Assembly (NCBI GenBank): GCA_963806185.1
Contig: CAWDXE010000001.1
Span: 544,001-608,000, forward strand
From: an uncultured candidate division Zixibacteria bacterium
GTDB lineage: Bacteria; Zixibacteria; MSB-5A5; GN15; FEB-12
Direction of reading: 5' to 3'
DNA: 64,000 nucleotides
Part shown: positions 1 to 10,029 of the stretch, piece by piece
How positions within the stretch are numbered: position 1 is the first letter of the stretch
Layout of the letters: each line of letters opens with the position of its first letter
Translations under genes and position numbers: made by a program
Notes under the pieces: generated by a model
Database searches by the model: none
What the model saw: only the letters and a program-made list of their open reading frames with translations
Told to the model about the DNA's origin: nothing

Positions 1-882
1 CTTCGCCCCGAGACGGCGCAGGGGATCTATGTCAATTTCCTGAACGTGAAGAATTCGTCACGGCAGAAAGTACCGTTCGGCATCGCCCAGATCGGCAAAG
101 CGTTTCGCAATGAGATCACGCCGGGCAACTTCATTTTCCGAACTCGCGAGTTCGAGCAGATGGAGATGCAGTTCTTCATCCATCCGACCGAGGATGAGAA
201 GTGGTTCGAGTACTGGCGCGAGGAGCGCTGGAAATTCTACGAACGGCTCGGCATTCGCATGAACAAACTGCGCTGGCATCAGCACGGACCGACCGAGCTC
301 GCCCACTATGCCAAAGCGGCCTACGATATCGAATACGAGTATCCCTTCGGGTGGCAGGAATTGGAAGGGATTCACAACCGGACCGATTTCGATCTCGGTC
401 GTCATATGGAAGCCACCAAGAAGGACATGCGCTACTTCGATGAGCGGTTCACTGAGAAGTTCATTCCCTATATCATCGAGACTTCTGCGGGGTGCGACCG
501 GACATTACTGACTGTGTTGGTCGATGCCTACGAGGAAAAGGAAGTCAACGGCGAGCCACGCGTGTTCCTACACCTGTCGCCGCGCATCGCGCCGATCAAA
601 GCGGCTATCTTCCCGCTGGTGAAGAAGGACGGCATGCCGGAGTTCGCCGAAAAAGTGTATCACGACCTAAAGCGGCGATTCAAGGTATTCTATGACGAGT
701 CTGGCGCCGTGGGACGTCGGTATGCCCGCATGGACGAGGCCGGCTGCCCGTTCTGTATCACGGTCGACGGACAGTCGCTTCAGGACAATACGATGACGGT
801 CCGCGATCGCGACTCAATGGAGCAAACGCGTATGACGGCCTTGCAGATTATGGAATTTCTGGATCAGAAGATTAACGGGTAA
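1..882 (+). CDS. glyQS: Glycine--tRNA ligase, alpha2 (eukaryote/archaea-like) type, 5'-partial
   Basis: Frame is open from base 1 (LRPETAQGIYVNF). Motif 2 AQIGKAFRNEITPGNFIFRTREFEQME, motif 3 IIETSAGCDR, anticodon-binding domain GRRYARMDEAGCPFCITVD. Confidence 0.95.
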   Translation, partial: LRPETAQGIYVNFLNVKNSSRQKVPFGIAQIGKAFRNEITPGNFIFRTREFEQMEMQFFIHPTEDEKWFEYWREERWKFYERLGIRMNKLRWHQHGPTELAHYAKAAYDIEYEYPFGWQELEGIHNRTDFDLGRHMEATKKDMRYFDERFTEKFIPYIIETSAGCDRTLLTVLVDAYEEKEVNGEPRVFLHLSPRIAPIKAAIFPLVKKDGMPEFAEKVYHDLKRRFKVFYDESGAVGRRYARMDEAGCPFCITVDGQSLQDNTMTVRDRDSMEQTRMTALQIMEFLDQKING

Positions 883-897
883 TCCGCCGCTGTCGGA

Positions 898-1179
898 TTA
901 CACTCCCCACACATGCTCATCCAGGGCGCGCTCCATGTCCGCCAGGGTCGGATACATGGATGGCTTCAGGTCGCGCGGCAGCATACGCTGATCAGCCAGA
1001 GTGTGACCGTTGATAATCAAAATAGGTGATTGAACCGGTTGTTCGGACTCGGTGATCCGGGCCAGTACTCCACGCTCTTCGACGTATCTCCGCACGAAAC
1101 GGCGCGCTAATTCCTGTCGCGGGTCCGTGCTGGAATATATGATACTGATATCGATAACTACCTCCCTGTACGATTTCAA
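898..1179 (-). CDS. Small hypothetical protein, possibly thioredoxin/Rdx-like fold without CxxC
   Basis: 93-aa ORF with beta-alpha pattern ISIIYSS...VQSPILIING...YPTLADMERAL. Strong RBS AGGGAGG at 1167-1161 suggests the real start is near 1155. Confidence 0.55.
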   Translation of the reverse strand: MKSYREVVIDISIIYSSTDPRQELARRFVRRYVEERGVLARITESEQPVQSPILIINGHTLADQRMLPRDLKPSMYPTLADMERALDEHVWGV

Positions 1180-1393
1180 TCTGTACCCAATTGGGGTTGC
1201 TATGCAACAATAACATCTCCCCCAATTTATTTATGTGAAGTTCAGCGATAATGTTCCATAAAATCGCCAAAACATCACGCGCCGGCGTCACCTGACACCG
1301 GTAGTACAGTAGATGAAGTCGGTATAGTAAGTTAAGAAATCCCCACGTACTGTGCGATGACTGTACGTCGGAAAGGTAGAACCGGCGTGCGGC

Positions 1394-2446
1394 TCAAGCA
1401 ACGATTAAATGGTGCGTGGCAAGAGAAACTACTTCACCGATAATCCGACTGGGCAATCCCTCGGCAGCCAACTCGGCGCCAAACGCCTCAGCCCGGTCGG
1501 GAGCTATGGCTATCAGCAGTCCTCCGGAGGTCTGGGGGTCAAACAGCAGATGTTCGAGACTGGCGGGCAAGGTCGCCACAAAGCGTATGTGGGGGGTTAC
1601 AAACTCTCGGTTGTCACTGGCACCGCCGGGAATCATGCCGGCGTCGGCAAGTTCAAGCGCCTCGGGGAAGACGGGCAAGGCATCGGCGTAAAACATGATG
1701 CTAACGCCGGATCCTGAAGCCATCTCAAACCCATGTCCCATCAACCCATAGCCGGTGACATCAGTGGCCGCGTGCGCGGTATATTTTAGCATCAGCTCGG
1801 ATGCAGTTCGATTGAGAGCGGCCATTTGGGCCATGACCAAGGCCGTCACTTCGGGGCTGGCCTTGTCCCGCTTGATTCCGGTTGTAATTATGCCCGTGCC
1901 AAGCGGTTTGGTGAGGAAAAGCCGGTCACCCACCTGGGCACCGGAATTGGTGATGATCCGCGAGGGGTCAATGAGCCCGGTCGCCGCCACACCGAATTTC
2001 AATTCCTTGTCTTTGATGGAGTGTCCGCCGACAACGACCGCTCCGGCCTCAGTCACCTTGTCGTTTCCACCTCGCAGAATCTCAGTCAGAACTTCCTGGG
2101 GCATACCCATTGGGAAGCCTACGATATTCAAGGCAGTAATTGGCCGTCCTCCCATCGCATAGATATCGGACAGGGCGTTGGCCGCGGCAATCTGGCCGAA
2201 CATGTACGGGTCGTCGACAATTGGTGGAAAGAAGTCGACCGTTTGCACCAATGCCAACTGGTCACTGATCCGAAACACGCCGGCGTCGTCAGCCTTGTTG
2301 AAGCCGACCAGCAGGTCGGGGTGACTGGCTTGCGGCAGGTCTTTGAGAGCGTCGGCCAAGAACTTTGGCCCTAGTTTTGACGCTCAACCCGCGCAGGAGA
2401 CCTCGGCCGTCAGCTTGATGGTTGTCAGTTTGCGTTTGTCGTCCAC
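1394..2446 (-). CDS. selD: Selenophosphate synthetase, selenocysteine-containing (UGA at codon 21)
   Basis: GTG at 2446 reads MDDKRKLTTIKLTAEVSCAG-UGA-ASKLGPKF in frame with ORF 1394..2359 (DDAGV, QTVDFFPPIVDDP, AANALSDIYAMGG, TDVTGYGL, DPQTSGGLL). Confidence 0.93.
2347..2386 (-). promoter_or_regulatory. Bacterial SECIS hairpin directly after the selD UGA
   Basis: Minus strand UGA-GCGUC-AAAACUAG-GGCCAA-[AGUUC]-UUGGCC-GACGC: two stacked stems, and an apical loop containing GU that starts 19 nt after the UGA. Confidence 0.8.
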
Positions 2447-2452
2447 CCAGCC

Positions 2453-2481
2453 AATCTAAAGCGGTAAACACAGGCTGGCAA
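2453..2481 (-). promoter_or_regulatory. sigma70-type promoter of selD, probably leaderless
   Basis: TTGCCA-N17-TAGATT-N6-GTG, with no Shine-Dalgarno sequence. Confidence 0.55.
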
Positions 2482-2720
2482 GTTTGCATAAGTGGCCAAG
2501 TCATGCAGTTTTAGGCCCAACCGGGGGGCTCGACAATGAATGAGGCGCCCTGTGCAGCTTTTGAACAGCGAAACTGCTCCCCAATCGCTCTAATTCTTTC
2601 ATTTTCTTCCGATTATATACCAATAACCGGGCTTGTGACCGGTCACCCAGGTGCCAAAAGCGCTTTTGCCGAGGTCTGGGATTCTGGAGCACACGAAAGA
2701 TAGGACGACACGAGCTTAAG

Positions 2721-4850
2721 ATGAGCCAGGAAAAGAAATCGAACCTCCGTATTGACGAGATTCTTCTCTGGGACGGTCTGGTTACTGAGACCCAGGTTCG
2801 GGAAGCCCTGCAGCACCAGAAACTTCACGGCGGTAAAATCGGGTCGCACCTCATGCGACAGGGTCATGTCAATGAGGCTGGGCTGGTGCAGGCACTGTCA
2901 CGCCAACTCGGCTGCGAGGGCGTGATCCTTACCGGACGTGAGATTCCAGCTGACGTCATTGCCCTTGTCCCACAACAGGTGGCGATCGCCAGAACAGTCA
3001 TCCCATTCAACTACGATCTGAATGCCAAGACTGTTGATATTGCCTGCGAGAACCCATCCGATCAGGATCTGCTTAACGAGCTATCGTTCATCCTGAAGGA
3101 TCGGACAATCAGATTATTCATTGCCGCTGAGATCGCCCTGAAGTCCGCGATCGCCCGGTACTACCTGGCTATGCCGGGGCGGGAAGCGGATCAAACCGGA
3201 GATATGGTTAAGGGGATATTCGCCTCTGACCCGACTTACCCGCAGGTGTCGGTTGGCACCAGGCGCGAGCCGGTATATCGGGGCACGATCCTCATGGTCA
3301 CCGACGATCAATTGGCTGATTTTCGTCTGCGCGAAGCAATGGAAATGGAACATTATCGCGTGGTGACGACGGAGTCAGCCGATGACGCCATCGACATCAT
3401 TTCCGGCCAGCAGTTTGACACGGTGTTTATTCGCGACAGCGTCCAGGGCGATTACATCGATTTGATCGATCGGTTGCGCAAAATTTCTCCGCGCACCAGA
3501 GTTCGTTATTACGACGCCGCCACCAGTCTGCTGACCGACAGCGAGGGAAGCACCACAATCGTTGATCTGCAGGTGCGCAATCTCGATCTCTTCACCTCTT
3601 TGTTGTCATCACGTGAGAAACTCGCCAGCAATCACAGTGGGACGGTTGGTCAGTATGTCGACAAGCTCTGCCGGCATATCGGGATTCCGGACAAAGACCG
3701 ATTGGTGATTACGACCGCCGCCTACCTGCATGACCTGGGTCGATTCTACTATGGTGACGCCACGCAGTTGAGCGACAGCCGCTCGCAGATCAATCTGACA
3801 ATTAAGCTGCTCGATTCGCTCAATTATTCGCCGCTCGTGATCGGTATTCTGCGCTCGATGTATATCAATCTGCGGGAGAAATACACCAAACGGCTGCCGA
3901 TTGAGACGCTCGGGGGCAATATCCTGACCGTCATCGATATCTTCTGCGAGCACATTCCGGTGGGCCAGAAGATGTCGCTGGATCGGTTCGAGGTCGTTCA
4001 GCGGAAATTTCATGACCTCAAGGGGAAGCTCTTTCTCTCCGAAGTGGTCGACGCCTTCCTGAACATGATTCAGAAGGACATTCTGTTGCCGCAGCCGAAC
4101 GAGAAGTTCAATCAGGTCATGGTGTATTGCGACGATGAAGAAATCATTGCCCCCGTGGAAAATCGCCTGCGAAGCGAGGGGTTCCGCACGATCAAGCAAT
4201 CCAAACTCGAGGCTTTCATCGACCTGTACAAGCGAAGCAAGCCGGACATCCTCGTGCTGATCGAACATGGCGGACCGTCAAAGGTAGTCAATTTGATTGA
4301 CGCGACCATCTCCGGCGGTATTGATCTCAAGCAGGTACCGACGTTTCTCCTGACCGACGTCTGGGTGGCTTCACAGTTGACCTCTATTTTTGACAAGGGA
4401 ATCGAGGACCTGATTCCGATCGACAACAACCTGAATCTGCTGATTGTGAAGATGAAGAAAGTCCGGTCCCGCATTGAAGCGGCCTCGAATATACCGATGG
4501 CGCCCAAGGACATTCCGGACGGCACCGGGGCGATGGGCAATCTGGTTGACATGAACCTGATTGATCTCCTCCAGGCACTGGGGCCGAGTCGCCGCACGGT
4601 GCGATTGACCGTCTCGTCCAACGCGAATGAGCTGATCATGTACCTCGATCGGGGCGATATCGTCTACGCCAAGCTGAACGAGCAGCAAGGTGCGGAAGCG
4701 GTTTATGAGGGGCTGAACTGGAAATCAGGTTTCTGGACGGTGCAGCCGGTTACTCGCGAACAACTCCCGCAGCCGAATAACGAATTCAGCAACGAATCGA
4801 TTCTGATGGAAGGGTGTCGACTGATCGACGAAAAGCAGAAGACCAGCTAG
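2721..4850 (+). CDS. Multidomain signalling protein: MshEN/GspE-N + REC-like + HD-like + REC-like + DUF4388
   Basis: N-terminal RIDEILLWDGLV...KIGSHLMRQGHV tandem motif. Receiver-like ILMVTDD and VMVYCDD segments, HD motif HSGTV...AAYLHDLGR, C-terminal GNLVDMNLIDLLQAL...SILMEGCRLIDE. Confidence 0.75.
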   Translation: MSQEKKSNLRIDEILLWDGLVTETQVREALQHQKLHGGKIGSHLMRQGHVNEAGLVQALSRQLGCEGVILTGREIPADVIALVPQQVAIARTVIPFNYDLNAKTVDIACENPSDQDLLNELSFILKDRTIRLFIAAEIALKSAIARYYLAMPGREADQTGDMVKGIFASDPTYPQVSVGTRREPVYRGTILMVTDDQLADFRLREAMEMEHYRVVTTESADDAIDIISGQQFDTVFIRDSVQGDYIDLIDRLRKISPRTRVRYYDAATSLLTDSEGSTTIVDLQVRNLDLFTSLLSSREKLASNHSGTVGQYVDKLCRHIGIPDKDRLVITTAAYLHDLGRFYYGDATQLSDSRSQINLTIKLLDSLNYSPLVIGILRSMYINLREKYTKRLPIETLGGNILTVIDIFCEHIPVGQKMSLDRFEVVQRKFHDLKGKLFLSEVVDAFLNMIQKDILLPQPNEKFNQVMVYCDDEEIIAPVENRLRSEGFRTIKQSKLEAFIDLYKRSKPDILVLIEHGGPSKVVNLIDATISGGIDLKQVPTFLLTDVWVASQLTSIFDKGIEDLIPIDNNLNLLIVKMKKVRSRIEAASNIPMAPKDIPDGTGAMGNLVDMNLIDLLQALGPSRRTVRLTVSSNANELIMYLDRGDIVYAKLNEQQGAEAVYEGLNWKSGFWTVQPVTREQLPQPNNEFSNESILMEGCRLIDEKQKTS

Positions 4851-5347
4851 GCGGAATTCCTGTCGGTGACAGGGACAGCACTGCTTACAGACTCAATCCA
4901 CCGCTCGATCTGCCGCAAGGCCGGTTCAATCGCCTCGATGATCGGAGGCGTCATCTGTTCGGACAGCGTATTGACATCGAGGGCTTCCACGGCCAGGACA
5001 GTCACCTTCTCCGGCATCTTCGCGCCAAGCGCCCGCCCCAGGGCAAGAGCGGTAGGTAAGCTGATCTGGTGTGAGCCGGTCAGCGTATTCGACGGCGCCA
5101 GCTCCCCCGCATCGAAGAGATGCAGAGTACCGGGACGAGCATGGCCTGTCACGATAGCATCGACAATCAGGACACGAGGCCGATCACACAACAAGTCCAG
5201 GAGCGCAAAGCCGGCTGTGGCGGCGCTGATAATCTCAACGCCGCCGATATGTTTCGCACGGGCCGAGAGGCGGTCGGCCACGGTCGGCCCGAACGCATCA
5301 TCACAATGCACTTCATTTCCGAGGCAGAGTACCAGCGGAGCGCGCAC
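4847..5347 (-). CDS. Hydrogenase maturation protease (HyaD/HycI family)
   Basis: LVLCLGNEVHCDDAFG, LIVDAI, SHQISL. GTG start at 5347 after AGGAG; last gene after the hydrogenase large subunit. Confidence 0.88.
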   Translation of the reverse strand: MRAPLVLCLGNEVHCDDAFGPTVADRLSARAKHIGGVEIISAATAGFALLDLLCDRPRVLIVDAIVTGHARPGTLHLFDAGELAPSNTLTGSHQISLPTALALGRALGAKMPEKVTVLAVEALDVNTLSEQMTPPIIEAIEPALRQIERWIESVSSAVPVTDRNSA

Positions 5348-5349
5348 GG

Positions 5350-6828
5350 CTATCTCCTCACGATATCGATCACCTCGCACGTAGCGGCGTCGTGCACGAT
5401 CAGTTCCAGCGGCATCTCGCCGGGAAGCGTGTGCGTGGCACAGCCAAAGCAGGGGTCATAGGCGCGGAACGCCATCTCGATCTTGTTGAGGGTGCCATTG
5501 GTGATCGGCTTGCCCTTCTTGATCAGCCCCTGCGCCGCCCGCTTGATAGACATTGAGATCGGGGCATTGTTATTGGTGGTGCCAACTATCAAGTTGGCTT
5601 CGGTGACGATGCCATTCTTATCGGTCTTGTAATGGTGGGTCAGCGTTCCGCGCGGGGCCTCGACAATACCCACCCCCTCGCCGACAATTCCCGTCGGAAT
5701 GGTATGGATGTTGTCGGACGTAATCTCGTCGTCCTGGGCCATCTGTGCGACGGCCTCACTCGCATACACCAGTTCGACAATGCGCGCCCAGTGAGTGGCA
5801 AGAGTCGAATGGACGGGTGTCTTGCCGGACCGATCCTTGGTCAAGGTCTCATAAAAACGCTCGTATTCGGCCTGGGCCAGCGGGGTTGCCATGCCGTCCG
5901 AAACATTGAGGCGCGACAGCGGCGTCGCTTTGTACACGCCCGAGTCCATGCCGTCGACAAACCCCTTCCACCCCACCTTTTTCAGATAGGGGTATTTGAG
6001 GTAGCTATACGGCTCGACGTGTTCGGCGACGTAATCGAGATAGTCCTTTGGCTCGTACTGCGCATGCCTCGTACCGTCGGGGCCGGTTACGCGCACCTGG
6101 CCGTCGTAGAAGTTCACCTTGCCGTTCTTATCCACCAGACCCATGTTATATGTCTGGTGCGCGTAGGCATCGGAAAGAATGAGATCAACATACTGCTTGT
6201 TGGCCAGGACGATGTCGTTGAGCACCTGCACGGCGAATTTGGAGAATTCGACCATATCCTTGCCGATCTGAATGATTTCCTGCTGTTCTTCCTTTGTCAC
6301 ACGCTTGGACATGCCGCCGGGAATGGCCGTCACCGGGTGCACTTTCTTGCCGCCGATGATTTCAATGACGCGCTGCCCGCGTGCTCGCTGGGCGATCACT
6401 TTCTTGCCGGCATCCAGACCTACCTTTGCTATGACCCCAAGAATGTTCCGTTCGGCCGGCGGAGCGTCGGGGCCGCACACAAAATCCGGACCACCGAGGG
6501 CAAAGAAATGGGTCGTGTGGTCGCCGGAGTAAAAGGCACAGTACATCAGTTCGCGAAGTTTGAAGGCAGCCGATGGAATCGTGACGCCATAGACTGCGTC
6601 AGCCGCTTTGGCCGCCGCCAGATGGTGGGCATCGGGACAGACGCCGCAAATGCGGGTAGTGATGCGCGCTAATTCCTCGACCGGTCTTCCCTGCGCGAAT
6701 TTCTCAAAACCACGCAGTTCAGGCACCTGGAAGTAGCAGTTCACCAACTCGCCGTCATCGCCGACAAAGAGGTGAATCTTGCCGTGCCCTTCAAGACGGG
6801 TAATCGGATCGATCAATATCTGTTTCAT
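5350..6828 (-). CDS. mvhA: [NiFe]-hydrogenase large subunit, group 3c (Mvh type)
   Basis: DPITRLEGHGK, L1 RICGVC, EAPRGTLTHHY, L2 AYDPCFGCATH plus cleavable C-terminal tail. Context mvhD-mvhG and hdr. Confidence 0.92.
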   Translation of the reverse strand: MKQILIDPITRLEGHGKIHLFVGDDGELVNCYFQVPELRGFEKFAQGRPVEELARITTRICGVCPDAHHLAAAKAADAVYGVTIPSAAFKLRELMYCAFYSGDHTTHFFALGGPDFVCGPDAPPAERNILGVIAKVGLDAGKKVIAQRARGQRVIEIIGGKKVHPVTAIPGGMSKRVTKEEQQEIIQIGKDMVEFSKFAVQVLNDIVLANKQYVDLILSDAYAHQTYNMGLVDKNGKVNFYDGQVRVTGPDGTRHAQYEPKDYLDYVAEHVEPYSYLKYPYLKKVGWKGFVDGMDSGVYKATPLSRLNVSDGMATPLAQAEYERFYETLTKDRSGKTPVHSTLATHWARIVELVYASEAVAQMAQDDEITSDNIHTIPTGIVGEGVGIVEAPRGTLTHHYKTDKNGIVTEANLIVGTTNNNAPISMSIKRAAQGLIKKGKPITNGTLNKIEMAFRAYDPCFGCATHTLPGEMPLELIVHDAATCEVIDIVRR

Positions 6829-7796
6829 GATTGCACCCTCCGCAGAAGCGACTCGGGCAGGCTGAAACGGTAGAAGGTACCGATCGGATCGGCGATACTA
6901 TCAATGATACGATCAATCTCGGCCGGGTCTGATGAGTCAATTACACTGGCTATGGCGGAGGCCATTTTGGCGCCCTGATCGCGGACATTGAGCGGTATAC
7001 CGTAACACCCCCGGCAAGGCATGCCGGCGTTGACGCATTTGGCTCCGCAGCCGGAGCGAGTCGCCGGGCCGAGGCAGATGACTCCCTGCTCCAGCAAACA
7101 CAGTTTGGGATCGGCATGAACCTCAAACGGTCGGACGAATTTCTTGATCTTCTTGATATTCCGATCCCTCGTGCACTCGTCGCAGCAGCATTTTTCGCTG
7201 GCCCCCAGCACGGTTCCCTTTGGCGGGAGCGGCTTGCCGTTCTGCAGTATATCAATGACAGCCGCCACCACTGCGGCAATCTGATCGGACTGCGGCGGGC
7301 AACCGGGAATGATGTAATCGACATCAACTACCTGCCCCAGCGTACGTACGGTGTTCCACAGTTCCGGGATATGCAAAGTCCCTTCGGGCACAGTCACCTC
7401 GGGCTGCGGCAGAATCCCCTCCGGATTCACGGTCGAAGGTGACTCTTTGTAGGCATAGTTCATGATGCCCTGTTTGGTATAGAGATTGGCCAGCCCGGGG
7501 ATGCATCCCTCGGAGGCACAACTGCCAAAGGCACACAGGACGACGGACTTTTGCCGTAGAAGACGCGCGATTTCGTAGTTTTCGTCACTGCGAATAGCGC
7601 CGTTGAAAAGCGTCAGCGTGATTGACTTGTCCTCCATGGCCCGCACGTCGTCGTACTTGAAATCGGTCGCACAGGGCCAGAAGACAATATCGAAGAAATT
7701 GGCGACATCCAGAATCTTCTCTTCTATATCGAGAATGGCGATATCACACCCGCCACATGAGGCGGCCCAGTAAATAGCCAGTTTTGGTTTTGCCAT
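6825..7796 (-). CDS. mvhG: [NiFe]-hydrogenase small subunit (Mvh type)
   Basis: SCGGC, FGSCASEG, PGCPP, CCDEC, CLLEQGVICLGPATRSGC...PCRGCYG. Confidence 0.9.
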   Translation of the reverse strand: MAKPKLAIYWAASCGGCDIAILDIEEKILDVANFFDIVFWPCATDFKYDDVRAMEDKSITLTLFNGAIRSDENYEIARLLRQKSVVLCAFGSCASEGCIPGLANLYTKQGIMNYAYKESPSTVNPEGILPQPEVTVPEGTLHIPELWNTVRTLGQVVDVDYIIPGCPPQSDQIAAVVAAVIDILQNGKPLPPKGTVLGASEKCCCDECTRDRNIKKIKKFVRPFEVHADPKLCLLEQGVICLGPATRSGCGAKCVNAGMPCRGCYGIPLNVRDQGAKMASAIASVIDSSDPAEIDRIIDSIADPIGTFYRFSLPESLLRRVQS

Positions 7797-7799
7797 AGG

Positions 7800-8261
7800 T
7801 TACTCCTTCCCCGCCGCCACTGCCGGCTGCTCGGATTTCTCCGGAACGAATGCCCAGTCGTTGAGTTTGAAGGGGCCAAGTTGCCTGATCTCTTCGGTGA
7901 ATTCAGTGATGACCTGCTGGAAACGGGCACCCTCCGAGGCGGACACCCATTCCAGTCGCAGCCGGCGCGGGTCGATACCCATCCCATTGAGAATCTTCTT
8001 GGTGATGGGGATTCGCCGCAGGCATTTGTAATTTCCTTCGACATAATGACAGTCGCCGGGATGGCAGCCACAGACTATCACGCCGTCGGCGCCGCGACGA
8101 AACGAATCAAGAACAAATGTCGGATCGACTCGCCCCGAGCACATGACGCGGATCGCCATTACGTTCGGGGGGTACTTCATGCGGGCCGTACCGGCGAGGT
8201 CGGCCCCGGTGTAGCTGCACCAGTTGCAGAGAAAGCCGATGATGCGGGGTTCGAAACTCAT
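7800..8261 (-). CDS. mvhD: [2Fe-2S] hydrogenase delta subunit
   Basis: MSFEPRIIGFLCNWCSYTGADLAG, RVMCSGRVDP, GCHPGDCHY, LEWVSASEG. The ATG overlaps the upstream stop (ATGA). Confidence 0.93.
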   Translation of the reverse strand: MSFEPRIIGFLCNWCSYTGADLAGTARMKYPPNVMAIRVMCSGRVDPTFVLDSFRRGADGVIVCGCHPGDCHYVEGNYKCLRRIPITKKILNGMGIDPRRLRLEWVSASEGARFQQVITEFTEEIRQLGPFKLNDWAFVPEKSEQPAVAAGKE

Positions 8262-10015
8262 GACAGCATCCCCTCGATTTGAGCGTATATCTGATCGTCG
8301 GTAAATTGGCGGGCAGAAATCGCGCCCGCAGGACAAGCTGCCACGCATGTCCCACAGGCCTTGCACAAGGCGGAATTCACCGTACTCACCTTCTTTTCGG
8401 CATTGTAATCGATGGCCGAATACGGACACATGTCGTTGCAGATACGACAACCGGAACAGTATTCTTCCTGCACCACCGCATAGGCGGCATCCATGAGGAT
8501 TTCGCCCTGGGCAAACAGCTTGAGCACCTGAGCGGCCGCCGCGCCGCCCTGGGCGACGGTATCCGGAATGTCCTTCGCCCCCTGGCAGGCGCCGGCCAAA
8601 AAGACTCCGTCAGTCGTAGTCGATACGGGAGCCAGTTTCGGGTGCGCCTCGATAAACCAACCGTCGGCGCCGGTCGAGATATTGAACTTGCGGCCGGTCT
8701 CTTTGGCGTCGGGCCGCGCTTCGAGCGCCGTGCAGAGGATGACCATGTCCACCGGGATTTCGCGGAATTTGCCGATCAACGTATCTTCGCAGCAGACCAG
8801 GAGGTGTCCTTCGTCGCCGCGTCGGTTACCGGAAGGAATCACCTCGGCTACTTTGCCGCGGATGACGTTGACGTCCTCATCAAGGATCCTCTGGTAGAAC
8901 TCCTCGTACCCTTTACCGAAGGAACGCACATCGATGTAGAACTGGTATACCTCGGCACTGGTCTTTTCCTTAACCAGATGCGAGAACTTGAAGGCATACA
9001 TGCAGCAGACGCGGCTGCAGTACTTGTGATGGTTCTCATCGCGGCTGCCTACGCAGTGGACAATGGCGATGGCGCGTGGCTCTTCGCCGTTCTCCAGCAT
9101 GATCTTGCCGCCGGTGCTACCGGCCGCATTATTCATAACCTCGAATTCTTCGGCCGTTATGACATTGGGCAGGCGACCGTAGCCGAACTGCTTCATCGGC
9201 GTCGGATCAAACGATTCGAAGCCGGTGGCCATGATGACCGCACCGACGTCAAATTCCTCGACCACATCCGAGGTGTGGAAATCGATCGCTTCCTTCGGGC
9301 AGACTTTGGCACAGACCATGCATCCGCCGGTCTTGAAATGAATGCAGTTCTCGCGGTAGATCCGCGGCACATTCGGCACGGCCTGGCGGAAGGGAAGAGA
9401 GATGGCCGCATTCGGGCTGAGGCTCAGTTCGCGGTGATCGACCTCCTTAAGGTCGAGCGATTCCATCTGGATATAGCCGGTCGGACACAGTTTGGCGCAG
9501 GCACCACACAGGATACAGTTGGTGGATTCGGCATCAAAGGCGGTCGAGACGTCGCGCTCGGCGCCGCGATTGATAAAAGACAGTGCGTGGGCGCCAACGA
9601 CCTCATCGCACACGCGGACACACAATCCGCAGAGAATACAGGTATAGGTTCCCGTACCCCAGCGGGGTTCGGTGATCCCCAACTGCTCCGCCAGTCTTTG
9701 CAGTACCGGAACAGGCGAGCAGTTAGCCATGAGCATTTCCAGGTTCGTGCGTCGAGCATTAATGACGCGGGCGGTGTCAGTGAAGATTTGCAGCCCGTCC
9801 CAGGCGGGATAATTGCAGGCGGTCACAATCTTGTTCCACCCGTTGCCGGCGCGGGCTTCCACCGCGCAAATGCGACAGGCGGCATACGGCGTCATATGGG
9901 GATAGTAGCAGAGAGTCGGGATTTCAATGCCAAGTTGCTTGGCCGCCTCGAGTATGTACGAGCCTTCCTCGACTTCCACCTTCTGTCCATCTATCGTTAT
10001 TGAAACAAGGGGCAT
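8258..10015 (-). CDS. Fusion protein: NuoG/HydA-type [2Fe-2S] + 2[4Fe-4S] domain joined to the C-terminal half of HdrA
   Basis: N-terminus ITIDGQKVEV..IPTLCY..ACRICAVE..TAC, CILCGLCVRVC, CILCGACAKLCP. Then HdrA-specific AISLPFRQAVP, VIMATGF, VHCVGSRD..YCSRVCCMYAFK, HPKLAPV, GACQGAKDIP and a C-terminal ferredoxin. RBS AGGAGG before the ATG at 10015. Confidence 0.88.
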   Translation of the reverse strand: MPLVSITIDGQKVEVEEGSYILEAAKQLGIEIPTLCYYPHMTPYAACRICAVEARAGNGWNKIVTACNYPAWDGLQIFTDTARVINARRTNLEMLMANCSPVPVLQRLAEQLGITEPRWGTGTYTCILCGLCVRVCDEVVGAHALSFINRGAERDVSTAFDAESTNCILCGACAKLCPTGYIQMESLDLKEVDHRELSLSPNAAISLPFRQAVPNVPRIYRENCIHFKTGGCMVCAKVCPKEAIDFHTSDVVEEFDVGAVIMATGFESFDPTPMKQFGYGRLPNVITAEEFEVMNNAAGSTGGKIMLENGEEPRAIAIVHCVGSRDENHHKYCSRVCCMYAFKFSHLVKEKTSAEVYQFYIDVRSFGKGYEEFYQRILDEDVNVIRGKVAEVIPSGNRRGDEGHLLVCCEDTLIGKFREIPVDMVILCTALEARPDAKETGRKFNISTGADGWFIEAHPKLAPVSTTTDGVFLAGACQGAKDIPDTVAQGGAAAAQVLKLFAQGEILMDAAYAVVQEEYCSGCRICNDMCPYSAIDYNAEKKVSTVNSALCKACGTCVAACPAGAISARQFTDDQIYAQIEGMLS

Positions 10016-10029
10016 ATGGTCAACACCTC

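Noticed and set aside
5350..6828. [NiFeSe] hydrogenase, suggested by the nearby selD
   Set aside because: The L2 motif DPCFGC uses Cys codons and there is no in-frame UGA.
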